Assembly: GCA_963809875.1 (NCBI GenBank) | Contig: CAWELC010000006.1 | Span: 512,591 to 576,590 of the forward strand | Source: an uncultured delta proteobacterium | GTDB taxonomy: Bacteria; Desulfobacterota; Zymogenia; Zymogenales; Zymogenaceae | Length of the DNA: 64,000 nucleotides | Direction: 5' to 3' | In this document: in pieces, positions 38,655 through 47,563 of the stretch | How positions within the stretch are numbered: the stretch's first letter is position 1 | Layout of the letters: each line of letters opens with the position of its first letter | Position numbers and translations under genes: made by a program | Notes under the pieces: generated by a model | Seen by the model: only the letters and a program-made list of their open reading frames with translations | Databases searched by the model: none | What the model was told of the DNA's origin: nothing

Positions 38655-40310
38655 ATGGCAGAAGTTCACGGCGGGCATCTGGTGGCCAAGGCCCTCGAAC
38701 GGGAAGGGGTCACGCACCTTTTCACCCTGTGCGGCGGTCATATCGACAAGATCCTCGACGCGCTTCAAGAAAGCCCAATCCGCGTCATCGACGTGCGCCA
38801 CGAGCAGGCGGCCGCGATGATGGCCCAGGGGTGGTCGATAGCCACGGGGAAACTCGGGGTATGCCTCGTCACCGCGGGACCGGGTTTGACCAACGCCGTC
38901 ACGGGAGTGGTGGACGCGATGGCGTCCCACATCCCGATGCTGGTGATCTCGGGGCGCAGCCCGCGAAAGGAGAACGACCTGGGCGCCCTGCAGGACATCG
39001 ACCAGGCTGCCCTCATGCGGTCGATCACGAAGGCGACGTTCGTCGTCAACGACACCCACCGCATTCCCGAATATATCGCCACCGCTTTCCGTCATGCTCT
39101 TTCGGACCGTCCCGGGCCGGTCTATCTGGAGATCCCCGTGGACGTCCTGGGCCGGAAGGTCGAGCTTGATACCGTCCCCTTTTCCTCCGTCGGCCGGACG
39201 GATTACCGGCCCGCGGGCGACCCGCGGGCGGTGGCCGAAGCCGCCAAACTCCTGGCCGGCGCCAAGCGGCCGATCATCATCGGGGGCGGAGGCGTCAGGT
39301 GGGGAGAGGGCGGCGACGGACTGAAGCAGCTGGTCGAAAAGACGAATATCCCGTTTATCCTCCTCAATGAAGGGCGGGGCATGGTGCCGGACGATCACCC
39401 GCTCTCTCTGTGGGACGGCGGGCTGATAGGGCTCACGGTCGCGGCGGCCCAGTGCGACGTGGCCCTGGTGGCCGGCCTGCGCATGACCTGGCTGACCATG
39501 TACGGAAAGATGCTGCCCACGGCAAAGATAATCCGGGTCGATATCGCCGGCTGCGAGGTGGGCAAGAACATCCCCCACGAGGTCGGGATCGTCGGAGACG
39601 CGGGGCTGGTGCTGTCGGCCGTCGCGGAAAAGATCACGAAATGCGACCACTCCGCCTGGGCCAAACAGCTCCGGGAAGGGTCCGTGGCGCTGATGGCCGA
39701 CGAAAACGCCAAGAAACAGGGCGACGCCGCGCCGATCCATCCGATCCGGCTGGTCTCGGACGTCTACAAGGTCTTCGGGAAGGAAGCGGTCTACGCCACC
39801 GACGGCGGGGACATCACCTATTTTTCGCAGATGCATTTGCGCGCCGGCGGGCCGGGGAGGTTTCTCTCCAACGGCGGAAATCTCATGGGGTGCCTCGGGA
39901 GCGGTATTCCCTTCGGCATCGCGGGGAAGCTCGCCCACCCGGGTCGTGCGTCGGTGGTGATCAACGGAGACGGCTCCTTCGGGCTCAACGGGATGGAGAT
40001 CGAGACGGCGGTGCGGCTCAATATACCCGTCATTGTCGTCGTGGCCAACGACCAGGCCTGGGGAATGGTCAAGCACGGCCAGGAGTTACAATACGGCCGC
40101 GTCGTGGGGACGAACCTCGGGCCGGTGCGCTACGACCTGATGGCCGCGGGGCTGGGGGCCCACGGGGAATTCGTCACGGAGCCGGCGGAGATCATCCCGG
40201 CGCTGAAACGCGCTAAGGATTCGGGAAAGGTTGCCGTGGTCAACGTGATCACCGACCCGACGATAACGAGCCCCGCGACGCACCTCTTTGTGGCGGGCCT
40301 GAACGCGTAG
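38655..40310 (+). CDS. Thiamine-diphosphate enzyme (acetolactate synthase large-subunit-like)
   Basis: GAGGAGG RBS before ATG 38655. TPP motif GDGSFGLNGMEIETAVRLNIPVIVVVANDQ; N-terminal GVTHLFTLCGGH. Confidence 0.8.
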   Translation: MAEVHGGHLVAKALEREGVTHLFTLCGGHIDKILDALQESPIRVIDVRHEQAAAMMAQGWSIATGKLGVCLVTAGPGLTNAVTGVVDAMASHIPMLVISGRSPRKENDLGALQDIDQAALMRSITKATFVVNDTHRIPEYIATAFRHALSDRPGPVYLEIPVDVLGRKVELDTVPFSSVGRTDYRPAGDPRAVAEAAKLLAGAKRPIIIGGGGVRWGEGGDGLKQLVEKTNIPFILLNEGRGMVPDDHPLSLWDGGLIGLTVAAAQCDVALVAGLRMTWLTMYGKMLPTAKIIRVDIAGCEVGKNIPHEVGIVGDAGLVLSAVAEKITKCDHSAWAKQLREGSVALMADENAKKQGDAAPIHPIRLVSDVYKVFGKEAVYATDGGDITYFSQMHLRAGGPGRFLSNGGNLMGCLGSGIPFGIAGKLAHPGRASVVINGDGSFGLNGMEIETAVRLNIPVIVVVANDQAWGMVKHGQELQYGRVVGTNLGPVRYDLMAAGLGAHGEFVTEPAEIIPALKRAKDSGKVAVVNVITDPTITSPATHLFVAGLNA

Positions 40311-40406
40311 GAAACGTATTGGGAGACGTAGTTCTCCATAGCTTCGGGCGAGATGAATAGACGAGCTTTCCAAACGCTTTATTTGCTGCGACTGATGGGC
40401 CAGTGT

Positions 40407-40486
40407 GGGTGGCACTGACAAGCGAAGCTTGTCAGTGGGATAAACGAATTCTACCACGGACAACCCGCCGGTTGTCCGTGCCACCC
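40407..40486. other. 80-nt perfectly stacked four-way-junction element (candidate structured RNA or nested palindromic unit)
   Basis: P1 gggtggcac/gtgccaccc (9 bp) encloses three hairpins with no unpaired junction nt: tgacaagc-gaa-gcttgtca, gtgg-N15-ccac and ggacaacc-cgcc-ggttgtcc. Confidence 0.4.
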
Positions 40487-40545
40487 GGCTTAGCGTCAAT
40501 AAGGACGACAGTAACGTCCAATCAAGGGCTTGAAACGGATGCAAA

Positions 40546-40576
40546 CAAAAAAAGGGCGGCACGTGCCGCCCTTTTT
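40546..40576. terminator. Bidirectional rho-independent terminator (TPP enzyme / OMP)
   Basis: A-run, gggcggcacgtgccgccc palindrome, T-run. Confidence 0.8.
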
Positions 40577-40597
40577 CTCATTTCATTGATACTGGAC

Positions 40598-42361
40598 TTA
40601 CTTGAAGCTCATCGGCTCGATCTTGGGCTCGATCACGGGTGCGGGGGGCGCCGGGGGCGGGGTTGCTACCGGGCAGCCGAACTCGTAGGTGAGGGACAGG
40701 AGCGCACCCCACTCCCAGCCCGAGGACTCGTACTCCCTGACCACCGGGCCGCTCAGCTTGATGTTACGCGTCGGCACCTGCTGCCCGGGAGTGAACCCCC
40801 CGGCGAGGCCCTCCAGCGTGTAGTCAAGGTCGTTGAGGGGGATCGTGACGGTCCCCGTCAGCGAGAGGCTCAGGCGGTCCATCGGCGTCAAGGTCGCCCC
40901 CGCCGAGAGGATTAGGTCCTGGTAGGCATCCCGCCCGTCGGCCACCACCTTGAGCTGTGCACCAGAGGCGGGAAGTATCTCCCACGGCGACCGGTAGGAC
41001 ATCTCGTATCTTCGGTGGGCCCACCCGACGAGGTAACAGGCCGAGAAGTCGGCAGACAGCATGTCGGAGAACTTCTTCTTAACCGAAAGGTCCAGCGATG
41101 CGATATCCCGGCTCTCCGTGTCCCGCTGCGCGAACGCGGTCAGCCCAGTTGCAATGCCCGTCGTCTCGTTCTCCTGGTCATAGGCGTTGCGGAAGTCCCA
41201 GCGGGTGTACGAGAGCATGCCCGCGAGCATCGCCCACCCGGCGTCAAAGGTCAGGCCCGCGCCCGCCTTCGCGTGCCAGGTCGTCTCGTCGTTCTCGTAG
41301 CCGATATGGCCCGCGCCGTGGAAGATCAGGTCGCCGACGAAAGGTGCGTATTCGCCCGTGGAGGAGCCGCCCACACTCCAGGTGAAGTCGCGGTAGGCAT
41401 ACTCGAGGACGAACGGGACCGACAGTGCATCGGAGAGCGCAATTGCGGGCCGGACGGAGGCCGCGATCTCCCATCCGGAGACGTCGCCGGAGTCGAGGTC
41501 CTCGCGGTATGTCGGCACGCCGGCGGGGTCGTTATCGAACAGGGTCGCGTTCTTCCGCACGTCCCCGAAGTAGAAACCGGCAGAAACCCAGCCGTCCAGG
41601 CTAAAGTGCCCGGCCGGGTTGAACGAAACGCCGAGGACGGGCGAAATCGTGTTGTACCTCAGCCGCAGGTCGCGGTCGAGGTCGGTACGGAAATTGGGAT
41701 TGCCCGCCTGGTCAGACCCTACGGCGAACAGGTCGTCGCTGAGCCACTCCGTCCGGTAGGTCTCCTTCAGCCCGGCCCCCAGCGTCAGGGCGTCGCTCAG
41801 CTTCAGGCTGTAGAGAACCGAAAGGGAGAGGTCGTGGGACTCGATCTTCTGGTCGATCGACCCGTTGCTCCGGGAGACGAAGGGCGTTATGATATTATTG
41901 GCATAGACGAGAAAGAAGTTGCCGTCGCCCCGGACGTTGCCATAGCGGTAGTTGGCGATGACGGCGAGATCCGACCGGTCGTTGAGCTTGAGCGCTACGC
42001 CCGCGTCGGTCCCGAGCACGGTGGTCAGGTACTTGGTCGCGACCTTGTTCGTTATAAATGCCGGGGCGGCACCGAAAAAGGTGAACCCCCGGCCGATGGA
42101 CTCCGAAGAGATGTCCCAGCCCGAGCCGAGGTAGTAGGCGTCGTCGATGAACTCGTAGGGACAGTCGAGTTTCAGAAGCGCCGGGTTGTGTCTATAGTCC
42201 ATATCCCACAGCGGCGCATCCATCCGCGGCATGATCTTCGGGGTCTCGTTGAGGACGGGCTCCGTAATGTAGACCACGTCCTGGGCCGCCGCGCCGACCG
42301 CGATGACGGCCATGAGAAAGATGGCTACTACTGAGAGAAAGAATGCCTTTCGTTTGTCCAT
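40598..42361 (-). CDS. Large outer-membrane beta-barrel protein of unassigned family, with 26-aa Pro-rich C-terminal tail
   Basis: Sec signal (VIAVGAAAQD), Gly/aromatic-rich alternating pattern, beta-signal-like LSLTYEF, then GCPVATPPPAPPAPVIEPKIEPMSFK*. Confidence 0.7.
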   Translation of the reverse strand: MDKRKAFFLSVVAIFLMAVIAVGAAAQDVVYITEPVLNETPKIMPRMDAPLWDMDYRHNPALLKLDCPYEFIDDAYYLGSGWDISSESIGRGFTFFGAAPAFITNKVATKYLTTVLGTDAGVALKLNDRSDLAVIANYRYGNVRGDGNFFLVYANNIITPFVSRSNGSIDQKIESHDLSLSVLYSLKLSDALTLGAGLKETYRTEWLSDDLFAVGSDQAGNPNFRTDLDRDLRLRYNTISPVLGVSFNPAGHFSLDGWVSAGFYFGDVRKNATLFDNDPAGVPTYREDLDSGDVSGWEIAASVRPAIALSDALSVPFVLEYAYRDFTWSVGGSSTGEYAPFVGDLIFHGAGHIGYENDETTWHAKAGAGLTFDAGWAMLAGMLSYTRWDFRNAYDQENETTGIATGLTAFAQRDTESRDIASLDLSVKKKFSDMLSADFSACYLVGWAHRRYEMSYRSPWEILPASGAQLKVVADGRDAYQDLILSAGATLTPMDRLSLSLTGTVTIPLNDLDYTLEGLAGGFTPGQQVPTRNIKLSGPVVREYESSGWEWGALLSLTYEFGCPVATPPPAPPAPVIEPKIEPMSFK

Positions 42362-42631
42362 AAAAGTCCCCTTAAGAAAGGTTTACTTCAAGAGTCGAGA
42401 AAACCCACCTGATAACAGAGGCAGTCGCCGGAGTGGTGTTAGTATGAAGAGGAAGACCGTCGATGGAGCTGCAAAATGCCGCCTCTCTCCGGGTGAAAGA
42501 GAAGCGAACGCCAAAAAGTTAGGATATTCTAATGATCACTCGTATGATAAGTCAAGCAAAATGTGAAAAAATCGTTTATGGCGTTCGTATTTCTTATGGA
42601 TTCTTAGGCGAGATTGGACGGGCGAAAAGAA

Positions 42632-42655
42632 AAGGGGCGGTTTTCGCCGCCCCCT
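42632..42655 (-). terminator. Terminator downstream of the D-aminoacylase gene
   Basis: aaggggcgg / ccgcccctt stem, followed on the minus strand by ttcttttc. Confidence 0.55.
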
Positions 42656-42694
42656 TCGCAGTTCGTGGGCTTAATCGCGTACTCACCTGCGCCG

Positions 42695-44398
42695 TCACGC
42701 CCTCCTGCAGGGCAGTCCGCCCCGAAGGCCCGTCGTCGATCCATCCGCGATCGAGAGGACCCCATTGACGAACAGATACTTCACTCCCGTCGAGTATTGA
42801 TGAGGGTCGAGGTACGTTGCATGGTCGCCGATCGTATCGACGTCGATCACGGCAATATCCGCGTAGGCGCCCGGCTCGATCGTCCCCCGGCCGGAAAGGC
42901 CGAATTTTTTCGCAGGAAGCGACGTCATCGACCGGATAGCGGTGCCCAGGTCGATGAGTTTTTCGTTCAGCACGAACTCGCGTATCTTTCGCGGGAACGT
43001 CCCGTAGCACCGCGGGTGCGGCATGGTCATCCCCTTGGGCACCGTCCAGCCGTCCGAAGCCGTGAAGACGTACTCCTTTTGGGTGATCTGCCTGACCATG
43101 TCCATGTCGATCTGGAAGAAAATGCCCACGGGCGCCTTCATGTCGCAGACGAGCTCCACGTAGACGTCGGCCGGGTCCCTGTTCTCGATCTCGGCGATCT
43201 GCGCGATGGTCTTTCCCTCGTAGTCGGTGTTTCCCTCGGACATCGTGCTGATGAGGATCTTTTCGGGCGGGAGGTAGGAAAAGACCTCGCCGATCGCCCG
43301 CCTGACCTCTTTCCTGCCGTCGGCCGTCCGGTAGGCGTCCTTGACGCTCTCCCCCGACACGAGCTCATCGGGCAGCAGTATCGTAATGAAGGTGCTGCCC
43401 GCGTCGTACGGGTACTGGTCCGCGGTCACGTCAAGGCCCCGGGAGCGCGCGTCCTCGATAAGGGGAAAGACGTCGGCCGGGGTAACGCCGTTGAAGGGGG
43501 CAAGCGCCTTAAGATGGGAGATTTGTAGGGGTATCCCGGCCCGCTCGGAGACCGCAATCGCCTCTTTAACCGAGTCGACCAGCGCCCAGGTCCCGTTCGG
43601 GCCGATTGCGCCGGACTCGTCGCGCATGTGGATCGCAAAGACGCCGCCGTAGGAGGCGGCCACCCGTGAGAGCTGGACCAGCTCGTCGGTGGAGGCGTTA
43701 AACCCGGGATAGTAAGCCAAACCGCACGACATCCCGACGGCGCCGGCCTCCATCGCCTCGTTCACGCGCGCCTTCATCAGCTCCAGCTGACCGGCGGTAA
43801 GATCGGTCGGCTGGCGCTCTCCGAAAAGCTCCTCGCGGATGATCCCGTGGGGGACCAGGTGATACACGTTCGTGCCGAAGCCGACGGAATCGACCATGTC
43901 GAGCCATTTATTGACGTCGGTATACCCGTAGCCGCAGTTCCCGCTCACGACCGTGGTGACGCCCTGGTAGAGGTAGTTGTAGTTTCCCCGGAACGACGGG
44001 AGGACGTAGGCGAGGTTTTTCTTCCACCCGCTTCTTATGAAGGTCAGGTCGCAGTGGGTATGGACGTCGATGAACCCGGGCGCGACCACGAGCCCCGACG
44101 CGTCGATAACACGCCCGGCCTTCGCCGGGAGGTTTCCGACCGCAACGATCCGGTCACCGCGGATACCGATGTTTCCAACGAACGGAGCGCCGGTCGTGCC
44201 GTCGTAGACGGTCCCCCCCTTGATGAGGGTATCGTATTCCCCTTCGGCGGGGCCCCGCCCGCAGGAAGCGAGGATCCCGGCTGCGCCACCGGCCAGTGAG
44301 ACGGAGGCGGCCAGCGCCGCCGATCCCGCGATGAAGTCCCTTCGAGTTACCTTTCTTTCGGAGGATTCGGTCTCTCGATGCCCGCTCTTTTTCTTCAT
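42695..44398 (-). CDS. N-acyl-D-amino-acid deacylase (D-aminoacylase) family amidohydrolase, TAT-lipoprotein
   Basis: TRRDFIAGSAALAA twin-arginine signal and LASC lipobox; PGFIDVHTHCD metal site. ATG 44398 is preceded by GAGGAAAG. Confidence 0.8.
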   Translation of the reverse strand: MKKKSGHRETESSERKVTRRDFIAGSAALAASVSLAGGAAGILASCGRGPAEGEYDTLIKGGTVYDGTTGAPFVGNIGIRGDRIVAVGNLPAKAGRVIDASGLVVAPGFIDVHTHCDLTFIRSGWKKNLAYVLPSFRGNYNYLYQGVTTVVSGNCGYGYTDVNKWLDMVDSVGFGTNVYHLVPHGIIREELFGERQPTDLTAGQLELMKARVNEAMEAGAVGMSCGLAYYPGFNASTDELVQLSRVAASYGGVFAIHMRDESGAIGPNGTWALVDSVKEAIAVSERAGIPLQISHLKALAPFNGVTPADVFPLIEDARSRGLDVTADQYPYDAGSTFITILLPDELVSGESVKDAYRTADGRKEVRRAIGEVFSYLPPEKILISTMSEGNTDYEGKTIAQIAEIENRDPADVYVELVCDMKAPVGIFFQIDMDMVRQITQKEYVFTASDGWTVPKGMTMPHPRCYGTFPRKIREFVLNEKLIDLGTAIRSMTSLPAKKFGLSGRGTIEPGAYADIAVIDVDTIGDHATYLDPHQYSTGVKYLFVNGVLSIADGSTTGLRGGLPCRRA

Positions 44399-44480
44399 GT
44401 TCTTTCCTCTCATGGTGTCTATTCGGCCAAAGGGGTTTACGAGATGTCGCCCAACGCCCGTTCCCGAGCGGTCGCAACCG

Positions 44481-45479
44481 CTATTGCGTCTCTTCTGCCG
44501 TCCGAAAGGCCTGAGCCGTCAATTCGGCCGGTATCAGGTTTTGCCTCATCTGCTCGGTCAGCGCCGGAATCGCCAGCCACTGGCCCGAGGAGGACATGAC
44601 GACCTCAAAGGTGCCGTCGGGTCTCACGACCGCGGCCCCGCCGGAGGCCCAGAACATCATCCGCTTGGCGATGTCGCCCTTTACCCGCTCCCCCCTCCCG
44701 AAGAAGACGAGCCGCTCGTCGATCCCGACCTCCCGGTAGAAGGTGTAGGAGAGCCGTACCGAGACCCCGCCGTTGCGGGACAGGAAGAAGGCCCCCCACC
44801 CCATGGTCTCGTCGCCCAGCGCCAAAAAGCAGATGGGGTGGAAATGCCCGTCCCGATGGAAGCGGCAGGCCGTTTGTCTGTCGGCGGGGTCAAATCCGAT
44901 CAGGGAAACGACGATCCGCTCCTTGCCGCCGTCGACGAGCTGAAACTGCCGCCGGAGGCCCGGGTAGTCCCGGTCGACCCCGCAGACGAAGCATTTCATG
45001 TAGTAGGGCAGGGGCGTCAGCCTCTCCCTGATCGCCGCGAAGTTTCCGGGAAGATACGAGGAGAGGAGCTCCCTCCCTTTGGGGTCGTCCTTCCCGTAGG
45101 CAATCTCGCCGGTGATGTAGGGGTAGGGCTGCCCGACCTTTTCGATGATCCCCGTTCCTCCCGTTTCTGTCGCCCGCACGGTCAGCGCCAACGTGTCGCC
45201 CACCACGACGCTGGCCCCGCCCATCCTGAAGTCCGCACAGACCGGAAAAGTGCGGCCGGCATTGCCGGGACCGGGGGGCAGCAGGGAGAGGAGCTCCATG
45301 ATGGCCGCCATCCCGAAACCGCCGTGGGGGATACCGATCCAGCCCTCCGTCCGCTTATCCATGTCCAGCGGGGCAAGGAGCGTGCCGTCGGCGTTCGCGC
45401 GGTAGTCCCGTATGATAAATCCATCCGTTCCGCAGGCGGAACAATCCCGGTGATATACGGCACGAGATTCCATGGTCAC
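44481..45479 (-). CDS. Hypothetical protein, tandem hotdog-fold (thioesterase-like)
   Basis: Two repeats with the GxxHGG-like IPHGGFGMAAIME and HPICFLALGDETMGW; no firm family assignment. Confidence 0.4.
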   Translation of the reverse strand: MTMESRAVYHRDCSACGTDGFIIRDYRANADGTLLAPLDMDKRTEGWIGIPHGGFGMAAIMELLSLLPPGPGNAGRTFPVCADFRMGGASVVVGDTLALTVRATETGGTGIIEKVGQPYPYITGEIAYGKDDPKGRELLSSYLPGNFAAIRERLTPLPYYMKCFVCGVDRDYPGLRRQFQLVDGGKERIVVSLIGFDPADRQTACRFHRDGHFHPICFLALGDETMGWGAFFLSRNGGVSVRLSYTFYREVGIDERLVFFGRGERVKGDIAKRMMFWASGGAAVVRPDGTFEVVMSSSGQWLAIPALTEQMRQNLIPAELTAQAFRTAEETQ

Positions 45480-45502
45480 TCCCCAAGAAAGCGAAATTGG
45501 CG

Positions 45503-46684
45503 CTACTTGGCTGCGTTATACGACTCGATATAGCGCTCCATCGCCTTGATCATCAATGTCAGGTTTTCCAGGTTGACGCGGCTGAAATTGTCCTTCGTGG
45601 AGTGGAACCCGCCCTCGCCGAGGCCGGGGATCCCGGCATTGCCGACGGTGATCGCGGGAATGCCCGCCGCCATGAAGCGCTGGGCGTCGTCGGTGATCTT
45701 GCCGCGGCTCTCTATCGACGTCCCGGAGACGTCCTTCCACGCGCTGCCGAGACGGGCGATGAGCTCGGGATCGGCATTGAAATATTTCAGGAATATCCCA
45801 TCCTTCTCCCAGTAGACCATCGGGCCGTTCTGGGCGACGAGCTCCAGGTTGACCAGGCTCGTGGGGAGCGCGGGCTTCTCGCCCTTCCCGAAGCGTTCCC
45901 TCACGTACCAGTGGGCCCCCTGCAGCGTCACCTCCTCACCCGCGGTAAAGATGATGGTGACGTTGGAGTTACCCAGGTCGACCTTGCCATCGTTGATATC
46001 TTTTGCGAGCTCCATGAGGGTCGCCACCGAGGTGCCGTCGTCCACCGCGCCGAAGCTCTGCCGGTCCGAGGGGATAAAGATATACCCCCCGAAGCCGAGG
46101 AAGATCAGGCCCCAGTAGACGACCACCACGCCGGCCAGGACGAGGGTAACCGCCGTGACCCCTTTCTTCTTGAGCGCCGCATAGTGCTTCGTGAAGAAGG
46201 TGAATGCCGCAAGCAACAGCCCCAGGACGAACGCGAGGGGGATAAACCGGTAGATCCTGGCGCGCTGGATGTGATCCCAGAACTCGGTCTTGGAGTCATA
46301 GTGGGCCGCAAATATCAGCTCCCGGGCGGGATGTGGCACCGTATAGGTAACGATGATATTCTCGCCGGTATGTTTGACGATACCCGTGACGACGGGGATG
46401 AAGAGCTCGAACTCGACGATGAGCAGAAGCGGTAAGGCCAGGGCGACGATAAGCGCGGCCACGGGCATCTTCTTGAGGATGAGCACGAAAAGAAGGATCG
46501 CAAACGCCAGGACACTGATTCCGAGGATGAGCTGCATGTAGGGGTGCAGCGGGAACTGCTGGACAATGAACGGGACACCCCAATCGGTCAGCGTCGCTTT
46601 GATGAATCCGGCCGTTTCTCCGAGGGCCTGGCTGTGGTTGGGCCGCGGTATCGAAAGGTGAGACATGATCTCGACAAGGTCCAT
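45503..46684 (-). CDS. M28-family metallopeptidase with inserted transmembrane segments
   Basis: FAAHYDS, AVDDGTSVA, FTAGEE, GGFHSTKD ligand motifs; several TM helices between them. Confidence 0.7.
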   Translation of the reverse strand: MDLVEIMSHLSIPRPNHSQALGETAGFIKATLTDWGVPFIVQQFPLHPYMQLILGISVLAFAILLFVLILKKMPVAALIVALALPLLLIVEFELFIPVVTGIVKHTGENIIVTYTVPHPARELIFAAHYDSKTEFWDHIQRARIYRFIPLAFVLGLLLAAFTFFTKHYAALKKKGVTAVTLVLAGVVVVYWGLIFLGFGGYIFIPSDRQSFGAVDDGTSVATLMELAKDINDGKVDLGNSNVTIIFTAGEEVTLQGAHWYVRERFGKGEKPALPTSLVNLELVAQNGPMVYWEKDGIFLKYFNADPELIARLGSAWKDVSGTSIESRGKITDDAQRFMAAGIPAITVGNAGIPGLGEGGFHSTKDNFSRVNLENLTLMIKAMERYIESYNAAK

Positions 46685-46883
46685 GGCTGCCTCCAGACGA
46701 TATGCTATTGCGCCATATTATACCATACTTTCGCCGCTATCCTATCTTTTTGTGATCTCTGTTGACCGCTCCCGGCCTTCTCGTATATAGTAAAGGGGCG
46801 GGCAGTTTTTTCCGCGCAACGCCGGCCGTCTTTGGTCTCGGCGGGATTTTTCCGGATTTTTCCGGAGGGGGAGGGTATACCGC

Positions 46884-47327
46884 ATGAAAGATTCTGCGAC
46901 CCCGGGCAGCGTCTCGATCCGCGCGATGACGTCCTCAGATTATGGCGTCGTCCTTTCCCTCTGGAAGTCGCTGCCCGGCATGGGGCTTTCGTCGGCCGAC
47001 GAACCCGACAGGGTGGCGGCCTTCCTGGGCATGAACCCGACGACCTGCCTGGTGGCCGAGCGGGAGGGACGGATCGCCGGGACGGTCCTCGGCGGGTGGG
47101 ACGGCCGCCGGGGCTACGTCTACCACCTGGCCGTGGCCCGGGATCTCCAGGGCGGCGGCGTCGGCACGGCGCTCATGGACGAGGTGGAGCGGCGATTTGC
47201 CGCGCTGGGGGCCCACCGCATCCACCTGATGATCTACCGCGACAACGGGGCCTCGGCCTTTTACGAGAAACGGGGCTGGTTCTTCCGGGACCGCGAGATC
47301 TCGCTGATGAGCAAAGACCTGGCATGA
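46884..47327 (+). CDS. GNAT-family N-acetyltransferase
   Basis: Acetyl-CoA motif LAVARDLQGGGVGTALM; 147 aa. Confidence 0.85.
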   Translation: MKDSATPGSVSIRAMTSSDYGVVLSLWKSLPGMGLSSADEPDRVAAFLGMNPTTCLVAEREGRIAGTVLGGWDGRRGYVYHLAVARDLQGGGVGTALMDEVERRFAALGAHRIHLMIYRDNGASAFYEKRGWFFRDREISLMSKDLA

Positions 47328-47563
47328 AAACTAACGCTTGCGAAACGAACGCCCCGGGTATATAATTCTTAAAAAGGCATTGATATAGAGTCCGGTTGTC
47401 GCAGTGTCGCACGAGGGGCGCCCGCGTTTTTCAGCCTCGACAGGAACGTTACAACCCATCCCCATATTTTCTCCCTCAAAATGTCTTTCATCATGCACGG
47501 CACTGGAGGCAAGCCGGTGAACCGGTTTACTGTTTTAACACGTGATGAAAGAGAAGGTATAGT

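Noticed and set aside
40407-40486. The cloverleaf-shaped element as a tRNA gene or tRNA-derived att site
   Set aside because: The closing stem is 9 bp and abuts the first arm with no spacer. The arms are 19/23/20 nt, there is no GTTCRA T-loop, no D-loop features and no CCA or discriminator context. It does not fit tRNA geometry.
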